From contig JAYZBQ010000048.1 in assembly GCA_036338695.1 (NCBI GenBank), positions 192,001 to 256,000 of the forward strand: DNA of 64,000 nucleotides, written 5' to 3'. Positions 57,209-64,000 of the stretch are shown in pieces. A program made the position numbers and the translations under genes. The notes under the pieces were generated by a model. That model was given only the letters and a program-made list of their open reading frames with translations. It did not search any database and was not told the origin of the DNA. Source of the DNA: Myxococcota bacterium. GTDB lineage: Bacteria; Myxococcota; UBA4151. The first letter of the stretch is position 1. Every line of letters starts with the position of its first letter.

Positions 57209-57333
57209 CCGTCCTCCGGCTCGCCCCTACGGGGCGTACTCCAGCGATGGCGTATCGCGGCAGCCGGTGCAAGCCTGAGCCCCCTGAAGGGGTCGATCTT
57301 TTTGTCCGACGGCCAACGATTCGACAGTACCGC

Positions 57334-57362
57334 TTGCTCCCGTCACCGCCATTGGCTAAGGC
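57334..57362 (+). promoter_or_regulatory. Putative sigma70 promoter of the tRNA-Ser/tRNA-Ser/ffs unit
   Basis: TTGCTC-17 nt-TAAGGC followed by a GC-rich discriminator. Confidence 0.4.
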
Positions 57363-57395
57363 GCCGATCGAAATGTCCCTTCGGCGCGACGTCAG

Positions 57396-57483
57396 GGAGA
57401 AATGGCCGAGAGGTCGAAGGCGTCGCACTCGAAATGCGATGTGGGGAAACCCACCGTGGGTTCGAATCCCACTTTCTCCTCCA
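57396..57483 (+). tRNA. tRNA-Ser(CGA)
   Basis: GGAGAAA/TTTCTCC acceptor; TCGCA-CTCGAAA-TGCGA; long variable arm; TTCGAAT; encoded CCA. Confidence 0.95.
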
Positions 57484-57505
57484 TAGCGCCGAAGGGAAAT
57501 TTAAT

Positions 57506-57593
<88 letters not shown>

Positions 57594-57594
57594 T

Positions 57595-57677
57595 GAAGTC
57601 GCGCGACGGTCAAACTGCAAACCCCGCCAGGCCCGGAAGGGAGCAACGGTAGTCAGGGAGACTGGGTGCGCGGCTTC
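57595..57677 (+). ncRNA. ffs: Signal recognition particle 4.5S RNA
   Basis: Conserved CAGG-CCC-GGAA-GGG-AGCA domain IV; terminal stem GAAGTCGCGC/GCGCGGCTTC; followed by a T run. Confidence 0.92.
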
Positions 57678-58138
57678 TTCTTTTTTTGACGTCGCGCCTT
57701 GAAAAACCCACTCAGTTGCGACGACGCCTGCGCCTGAAGCACGCCGCGATCGACCTCGAAAACGTGGTTTAGGCGCGGGTCTCTACCGATCGAATACAAG
57801 CTCTCGACCGCGCCCGCCTTCGGGTCGTCGGTGGCATAGATCACTCGGTCGACACGGCTGAGCACCAAGGCGCCGGCGCACATCGCGCAGGGCTCGAGCG
57901 TGACATACAGGGTCACGCCGTGCAGGCGCCACGTCCCGAGGGTCTGCGCAGCCATCTTCAGCGCGTCGATCTCGGCGTGTCCTACCGGGTTCTGGTCTCG
58001 CTCACGCGTGTTCGAGCCCACCCCGACGATGCGCCCCTCAAACACACAGAGCGCACCCACCGGGACCTCTTCGCGCGCCTCAGCCTGCGCTGCCAGCTCA
58101 AGGCAGCGTTGCATGTAGTACTGGTCGACGATGCGCAC
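57653..58138 (-). CDS. tadA: tRNA adenosine(34) deaminase
   Basis: EVPVGA, HAE, TLEPCAMC, LNH, FF..RR. GGAGG RBS before GTG 58138. Confidence 0.95.
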   Translation of the reverse strand: MRIVDQYYMQRCLELAAQAEAREEVPVGALCVFEGRIVGVGSNTRERDQNPVGHAEIDALKMAAQTLGTWRLHGVTLYVTLEPCAMCAGALVLSRVDRVIYATDDPKAGAVESLYSIGRDPRLNHVFEVDRGVLQAQASSQLSGFFKARRQKKKKPRTQSP

Positions 58139-58188
58139 CGAGCAACCTCCACACGGCAACTGACATCAAATCGATCCGTTGCGGCAGT

Positions 58189-58225
58189 AAAAAAAGAACA
58201 AGGCAGCCAGTAAACTGACTGCCTT
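58189..58225 (-). terminator. Intrinsic terminator after tRNA-Arg
   Basis: Minus strand reads AAGGCAGTCAG-ttta-CTGGCTGCCTT-GTTCTTTTTTT. Confidence 0.8.
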
Positions 58226-58301
58226 GGCGCGGGAGGAGGGATTCGAACCCCCGACCAACAGGTTCGTAGCCTGGTACTCTATCCAGCTGAGCTACACCCG
58301 C
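58225..58301 (-). tRNA. tRNA-Arg(ACG)
   Basis: 77-nt cloverleaf; anticodon loop CTACGAA; GCCA end. Confidence 0.95.
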
Positions 58302-58360
58302 TTTGCGGACAGCCTGTTAGGAACTGGCCATCCATATGTCAACGCCGGTGATTCGTCCTC

Positions 58361-58450
<90 letters not shown>

Positions 58451-58524
58451 AAAGGGACGAACTCACCAAGCGACGAGGCAACTAGAGCCGAGCGAGCCGG
58501 GCGTCAAGAATGAAAGCGGGTAAA

Positions 58525-60162
58525 TCAATCGCAGGCGGCGCTCTCGTAGGAGAACGAATAGCTCAGCGGATAGCTCGCCGTGCTCCCTTCACCAAGGCTC
58601 ACGCTCAGATAGAACAAGGCGGGCTCCTCAAAGCCGACTCGCTGCTCCCCCTCACCCGGCGCCGTCGCCAGGACGCGCCCTTGATCGTCGAGCGCTTGGA
58701 GCTGCAACCGCTCGCCGTCTTGACCTGGCCAACCGATGCAGCCAGCGCCGTCGCCAAAGATCGGACCATAAAAATCAACGTCGCCGCGGTACTCAAGCCC
58801 GCCTTCAAACGGTCCGGCACCGTCCGGTAGGAGCGCCGCCGCGCTGAGCCGGTTTCCAGCGGGATCCTCGAGCTCTGTGTTCATAATCATCAGGTCAAAC
58901 TCATGCGCTGAGCCGCTGACCTCAAGAACCGCGTCGCTCGATTGACCGTCGTGACGATAGTGATCACCCCGAGCGTGAGCCCAGACAAACCCCTCGTCAT
59001 CGGCGCGGCCGCCTTGGACCAAACCGGCGCCGTTGTAGACCACGCGGTACACCTGATTCGCCTGCGCCGGGAAGGCGAACCAGTCTGCGCCCCCCTCCTC
59101 GAGCGACCCCTGAACAATCTCACCGCGCCCGACGCTGATCGGAGTGGCCTCCTCAGGGCGGTCGCCGTGATCATCGTCACTGAGCAAGCGCACAAACAAG
59201 GTCCCACTCACCAAGCGCCGGTCGCGATGATTCAAGCGGATCGAGTAGGTCGTCGCCTCGAGCACCTCGTGGCGGGCGCGCCCAAAATATCGGCGGTGAT
59301 CATTCCCACCGACGGACCCCACGCGCAGCGAGATCGCGCCGGTCGCCTCGGCGACCTCGTTGAGCGAGACGCTCACCAACAACGCGCCGGCGCGCTCGGG
59401 GGTGATGTGCAACGTGTCGGTGTCCTCGCGCGTCTCGAGGATAAAGGGCGTCTCGCCTTGCTCGATCGGTGTCGCGCCCTCGTCTCCGTCGGCGTGATCA
59501 TCTTGTGCGGTCGCAGCGACCTCGAGGGCGTACTCAACCGCTCGCTCGTCGGCGTCATCGATCCGCACAAGCACCACGGCGCCCGCCTCGACCTCGGCGC
59601 TCAGAAGCCGGACAAACCGACCATCATCTTCCACTCCGTCACGCGGCACGGCGCGCGCAGGAACCTCGACCTCGGGGGCTACGAACAGCTTGATGTTCGG
59701 CACCACCGGCGGCGCCTCGCCCTCTTCGCGCACCGCGTCCGGCCCGGAGTCCCCGATCAAGCGCACGCTCACCCGCTCAATGCCGCCGGCGCTCACGCCG
59801 TCGAGGCGGTACCAGTCGCTGCCGTCCCCGCCGTTGCGATTGAGGGTGCCCTCGACCGTCGCGCCGCGCGCCACCACCATCGCACCACCGACGCAGTCGC
59901 CGTCATCGCATGTTTCGAGCGGGAGGCAGACATCCCCCACCGCCTGTGCGCCCTCATCGCATGAGCAGACCGCTCGCCCCTCAACCGCCGCGCACTGCGT
60001 TTTGAGCGCGTCTGTGCACGGGTTGGGCTCGCACGGGTCCACCGGCGCGACCCCAGCGTCCGGGACCACCTGACCTGCGTCAGGCAAAGGCACCGCCTCG
60101 GGCGTCGAGAGCAGGCTGCAGCCCGCCATCATCGAACACAGAATCAATCCTCGGATGCTCAC
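58525..60162 (-). CDS. Lipoprotein with an EGF-like module and PPC-like (DDH.D) domains
   Basis: Lipobox MAGC; CEPNPC...C.C EGF-like unit; repeated DDH.D....AT.I and DW(Y/F). Confidence 0.78.
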   Translation of the reverse strand: MSIRGLILCSMMAGCSLLSTPEAVPLPDAGQVVPDAGVAPVDPCEPNPCTDALKTQCAAVEGRAVCSCDEGAQAVGDVCLPLETCDDGDCVGGAMVVARGATVEGTLNRNGGDGSDWYRLDGVSAGGIERVSVRLIGDSGPDAVREEGEAPPVVPNIKLFVAPEVEVPARAVPRDGVEDDGRFVRLLSAEVEAGAVVLVRIDDADERAVEYALEVAATAQDDHADGDEGATPIEQGETPFILETREDTDTLHITPERAGALLVSVSLNEVAEATGAISLRVGSVGGNDHRRYFGRARHEVLEATTYSIRLNHRDRRLVSGTLFVRLLSDDDHGDRPEEATPISVGRGEIVQGSLEEGGADWFAFPAQANQVYRVVYNGAGLVQGGRADDEGFVWAHARGDHYRHDGQSSDAVLEVSGSAHEFDLMIMNTELEDPAGNRLSAAALLPDGAGPFEGGLEYRGDVDFYGPIFGDGAGCIGWPGQDGERLQLQALDDQGRVLATAPGEGEQRVGFEEPALFYLSVSLGEGSTASYPLSYSFSYESAACD

Positions 60163-60704
60163 GCACGCTCCTCCGCCTCAACAGAGACCAACAAAGCGCC
60201 CTTCTCAACGTTGTCGCCCACCTCGGCGCACAGCGCGCTGATCCGGCCATCGCCGCTCGCCGTCAGCTCATTCTCCATCTTCATGGCTTCGACCACAACC
60301 AAGCCCTGACCAGCGACCACGCGGTCGCCCGGCGCCACCAGATAACGCAGCACTTTTCCAGGCATCGGGGCATGAACTGCGCCAGCCTCCGCTTCATCCT
60401 CTCCGCCCACGGCGTCACGCATCCGCACGCGCCGCTGATCCAAGACATCGAGCGCGTAGACCCGGTCACGTACGAGGACGTTAACCCGACCGTCAAAGGG
60501 GTCTGATCCATCGCCAGCCCACTCGACGACTGCGTCGTATGAGTATTGCTCATCGACCAGCATATGCATCATCGCGCCCGGCAAGCGCCGCAGATCGAGG
60601 CGGCGAACGACGTCGTCATACGAGAGGATCAGGTCATCCCCGTCCGCCTCGACGCCCACCTCGACGGTCTCCCCATCTGCGAGCCGAACAACATAGGTTT
60701 TCAT
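60159..60704 (-). CDS. Biotin carboxyl carrier protein subunit
   Basis: APMPGKV and EAMKMENE biotinylation motif. Confidence 0.92.
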   Translation of the reverse strand: MKTYVVRLADGETVEVGVEADGDDLILSYDDVVRRLDLRRLPGAMMHMLVDEQYSYDAVVEWAGDGSDPFDGRVNVLVRDRVYALDVLDQRRVRMRDAVGGEDEAEAGAVHAPMPGKVLRYLVAPGDRVVAGQGLVVVEAMKMENELTASGDGRISALCAEVGDNVEKGALLVSVEAEERA

Positions 60705-62221
60705 GATCCGCTCCTCGAACCGACCAGCGCGTAGCGTCGCCATGCGGAGACGCCGGACCGACCAGCAGCTCCTGCTGCGCCCTGCGACTCAAGTTTTTGG
60801 TCTCGCAGAAACGCGTCGGCGACCGCCGCCCAGACAGCTAGGTGTTCGTATTCAGAGTCCTCAGGCGCAGTGCCTTGGATCACATTGCCGACGAAACCGG
60901 TGTCGAAGTCACCGCTGCGAAACTCGTCGGTGACGATCGCTCGCCGAAGAAAACGGATGTTGGTCGTAATCCCGACCACCTTGTACTCGGCGAGCGCGCG
61001 ATCGAGTCGCGCAATGGCGGTGGCGCGATCGGCGCCCCAGACCGAGAGCTTGGAGATCATGGGATCATAAAGCGGGGTGACCTCGGACCCGGCCGAGACC
61101 CCTGAGTCATCGCGCACGTAGGGACCGGAGGGGACGTGCAGATGCTCGATGGTCCCAGGCGCCGGCATAAAACCCGCCGCCGGGTCCTCGGCGTACACGC
61201 GCGCCTCGATCGAGTGTCCCTCGAAGGTGAGCTCGTCTTGCGTAAAACCGAGCGGCTCACCCTGCGCCACCCGGATCTGCCACTCCACGAGGTCCAGCCC
61301 GGTGATCCATTCGGTCACGGGATGCTCGACCTGGAGCCGTGTGTTCATCTCGAGGAAGAAAAAGTTCCTCTGGGCATCGGCTAGAAACTCCACCGTCCCG
61401 GCGCCGACATAGCCCACCGCTTTCGCCGCCTGGACGGCGACGGCGCCCATCGCCCGACGCATCTCATCGTCCACGAACGCGCTCGGCGCCTCCTCGATGA
61501 TTTTTTGGTGGCGGCGCTGGATCGAACATTCGCGCTCAAAAAGATGCACGCAGTTCCCATGCGTATCCGCCAAAACCTGGACCTCGATGTGACGCGGTCG
61601 GTCGAGGAAACGCTCGAGATACACTCGGTCATCACCAAAGCTGTTGCGTGCTTCGCTCTGAGCCGCCGCAAAGGCGCTGTGGAGCGCGCTCGGGTCGTCC
61701 ACCCGGCGCATACCCTTACCGCCGCCTCCGGCTGCCGCCTTAACCATGATCGGAAAGCCGATACGCTGCGCCTCGATGACCGCCTCATCTGGACCCGCGA
61801 CCGGACCGTCGCTTCCTGGAACGACGGGCACTTGCGCCGCGATCATCACGTCGCGTGCCTTGGTCTTATGGCCCATCGCCTCCATCGCCTCAGGGCGCGG
61901 ACCGATCAGCGTGATCCCAGCGGCCTCAAGGCGCCGAGCAAACTCCGGGTTCTCCGACAAAAATCCATAACCAGGGTGGACCGCGTCGGCGCCGGTCCGC
62001 TGCGCCGCCTCGAGGATCTTATCGATCACCAAGTAGCTCTCAGCGGAGGTCGAGCCCCCCAGCGCGATCGCCTCGTCCGCATAGCGCACGTGCAGCGCGC
62101 ACCGATCAGGGTCCGAGAACACAGCGACGGTCTCGAGCTGCAGCTCACGACAGGTCCGCATGACTCGCAAGGCGATCTCGCCGCGATTCGCCACCAACAC
62201 TTTCTTGATCGGGCTCGTCAT
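60701..62221 (-). CDS. Biotin carboxylase subunit of acyl-CoA carboxylase
   Basis: [38 protein letters not shown]. Confidence 0.95.
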   Translation of the reverse strand: MTSPIKKVLVANRGEIALRVMRTCRELQLETVAVFSDPDRCALHVRYADEAIALGGSTSAESYLVIDKILEAAQRTGADAVHPGYGFLSENPEFARRLEAAGITLIGPRPEAMEAMGHKTKARDVMIAAQVPVVPGSDGPVAGPDEAVIEAQRIGFPIMVKAAAGGGGKGMRRVDDPSALHSAFAAAQSEARNSFGDDRVYLERFLDRPRHIEVQVLADTHGNCVHLFERECSIQRRHQKIIEEAPSAFVDDEMRRAMGAVAVQAAKAVGYVGAGTVEFLADAQRNFFFLEMNTRLQVEHPVTEWITGLDLVEWQIRVAQGEPLGFTQDELTFEGHSIEARVYAEDPAAGFMPAPGTIEHLHVPSGPYVRDDSGVSAGSEVTPLYDPMISKLSVWGADRATAIARLDRALAEYKVVGITTNIRFLRRAIVTDEFRSGDFDTGFVGNVIQGTAPEDSEYEHLAVWAAVADAFLRDQKLESQGAAGAAGRSGVSAWRRYALVGSRSGS

Positions 62222-63777
62222 AACGGAATGTTCCCATGCTTTTTCGGCGGCAAGCTCTGGCGCTTGTTCCCCAGCACGTCGAAAGTGTCGACCAGCCGAC
62301 GGCGCAGATCTTCTGGCCGGATCACGGCGTCGATGTAGCCCAGCTCAGCCGCTTTATAAGGGTTGGCAAACTGCGCACGATAATCCGCTACGAGCTCGTC
62401 TTTACGCGCCACCGGGTCCTCAGCCGCCGCGAGCTCACGACGGAAGATGATGTTGACGGCGCCGTCCGGTCCCATCACCGCAATCTCTGCGCTCGGGAAC
62501 GCGAAGTTAAAATCCGCTCGCAAATGTTTTGACGCCATCACGTCGTAGGCGCCGCCATAAGCTTTGCGCGTGATCACCGTCACCTTGGGCACCGTCGCTT
62601 CGGCGTACGCATAGAGCAGCTTGGCGCCATGACGAATAATCCCTCCGTGCTCCTGATCTTTGCCCGGCAGAAAACCCGGCACATCGACCAGCGTCAGGAG
62701 CGGAATGTTGAACGCGTCACAAAAGCGGACGAACCGAGCCGCTTTGACCGACGCGTCGATGTCGAGACAGCCGGCGAGGACGGCGGGCTGATTCGCCACC
62801 ACCCCCACGCTCCGACCGTTTAGGCGGATGAACCCCACGACGATGTTCGCTGCGAAGCGCTCAGCGACCTCGAAAAAGAAGCGCTCATCGGCTGCAGCTC
62901 GGATAATCTCGCGGATATCATAAGGCACGTTCGGGTTGACCGGCACCAACTCACGCAGCTCGTCGCACAGTCGGTCCGGGGCATCGCCGCTCGGGACGAC
63001 CGGCGCATCCTCAGCGTTGTTGCTCGGCAGGTAGGCGGTGAGCTCGCGCACCATCCGGAGCGCGTGGGCTTCATCATTGGCGGCGAAATGAGCGACCCCC
63101 GAGGTGCCTGCGTGCGCCTCCGCGCCCCCGAGGTCCTCTTTTGTGACCTCTTCATGCAGCACCGTCTTGATGACATCAGGGCCGGTAATAAACATATGCC
63201 CGGTGTTTTTGACCATCACGATGAAGTCGGTGATCGCCGGGCTGTAGACCGCGCCGCCTGCGCAAGGTCCGAGCACCACCGTGATCTGGGGGACAACGCC
63301 CGACGCCAGGGTGTTGCGCAAAAAGATGTCGGCGTAGCCAGCGAGCGAATCAACGCCCTCTTGAATGCGCGCGCCGCCCGAATCGGCTAACCCGATCACC
63401 GGCGCGCCGACCTCCATCGCCCGGTCCATCACCTTGCAGATCTTCTGAGCATGCGCGCCCGAAAGCGAACCACCAAACACCGTAAAATCCTGCGCATAGG
63501 CGAAGACCACGCGCCCGTCGATACGACCGTAGCCAGTGACCACCCCGTCACCCAAGGGTTTGTTGTCCTGCAAGCCAAAGTCTGCGCATCGATGCGTCAC
63601 GAAGGCGTCGATCTCGCAGAAGCTACCGGGATCAAACAAGAGCTCGAGCCGCTCTCGAGCGGTCAGCTTACCGGCGGCATGCTGACGCTCGATGCGAGCA
63701 GCGCCTCCGCCGAGTTGGGCGGCCTGCTCACGGCGCTCAAGCTCCTCGCGCAGTCCGTCATGACCCGTTTCAGACAT
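62218..63777 (-). CDS. pccB: Acyl-CoA (propionyl-CoA) carboxylase carboxyltransferase subunit
   Basis: [33 protein letters not shown]. Confidence 0.93.
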   Translation of the reverse strand: MSETGHDGLREELERREQAAQLGGGAARIERQHAAGKLTARERLELLFDPGSFCEIDAFVTHRCADFGLQDNKPLGDGVVTGYGRIDGRVVFAYAQDFTVFGGSLSGAHAQKICKVMDRAMEVGAPVIGLADSGGARIQEGVDSLAGYADIFLRNTLASGVVPQITVVLGPCAGGAVYSPAITDFIVMVKNTGHMFITGPDVIKTVLHEEVTKEDLGGAEAHAGTSGVAHFAANDEAHALRMVRELTAYLPSNNAEDAPVVPSGDAPDRLCDELRELVPVNPNVPYDIREIIRAAADERFFFEVAERFAANIVVGFIRLNGRSVGVVANQPAVLAGCLDIDASVKAARFVRFCDAFNIPLLTLVDVPGFLPGKDQEHGGIIRHGAKLLYAYAEATVPKVTVITRKAYGGAYDVMASKHLRADFNFAFPSAEIAVMGPDGAVNIIFRRELAAAEDPVARKDELVADYRAQFANPYKAAELGYIDAVIRPEDLRRRLVDTFDVLGNKRQSLPPKKHGNIPL

Positions 63778-63846
63778 GGTCCGCTCCTTTGTTTTTCCGA
63801 TTGTCGTCTATGCTACTATATAAGGGCAGGAAAAGAGTGGATCGTC

Positions 63847-64000
63847 ATGTCAGATCATCTGAGTTTTGCACGCCAAGTCCTCCGCATCGAAGGTGAGGCG
63901 ATTTTACGTCTTGAGGCGCGCCTCGGCGACGAGATCAACCGAGCGGTCTCACTGATCGTCGCGTGCAGCGGGCGGGTCGTGGTGACCGGGATGGGTAAAG
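63847..64000 (+). CDS. kdsD: KpsF/GutQ-family arabinose-5-phosphate isomerase (5' part only)
   Basis: Manual translation MSDHLSFARQVLRIEGEAI...GRVVVTGMGK, the start of an SIS domain. Confidence 0.85.
   Translation, partial: MSDHLSFARQVLRIEGEAILRLEARLGDEINRAVSLIVACSGRVVVTGMGK

Noticed and set aside
57255..57290. GCCGGTGCAAGCC as part of a cobalamin riboswitch
   Set aside because: It lacks the GGGAA and CCC..CACTGT elements and the complementary CCGGC arm.

Overview
A GC-rich bacterial chromosome segment whose gene content points to Myxococcota or a related deltaproteobacterium: DUF4215 Cys-rich repeats, a MYXO-CTERM protein, a PEGA Ser/Thr kinase, CdnL/CarD and a long-form HflX. This taxonomy is inferred from gene families only. 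Housekeeping genes (uvrA, thiD/thiE, a thiolase, mpl, dnaJ, fluC, cdnL, ispDF, cysS, hflX, speB, rpsU, radA, ldcA, gpsA, dnaX, tadA, a three-subunit acyl-CoA carboxylase, partial comEA and kdsD) are interleaved with about a dozen large acidic or Cys-rich surface lipoproteins. RNA genes are four tRNAs (Ser-CGA, Ser-GGA, Arg-ACG, Ser-GCT) and the SRP RNA. I saw no CRISPR array, transposase, integrase or reverse transcriptase. The most notable observations are: (1) a putative sigma54-driven operon joining a small SSB-like protein to comEA, divergent from uvrA; (2) an enhancer-binding protein with a natural Walker-B E-to-Q change, heading thiE-thiD; (3) a tandem pair of paralogous collagen-stalked lipoproteins behind a structured leader; (4) an apparently inverted tRNA-tRNA-ffs block between tadA and dnaX, with a symmetric intergenic element and tRNAs enclosed by leader-trailer stems. 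All calls come from motif recognition by eye; no database searches were run.
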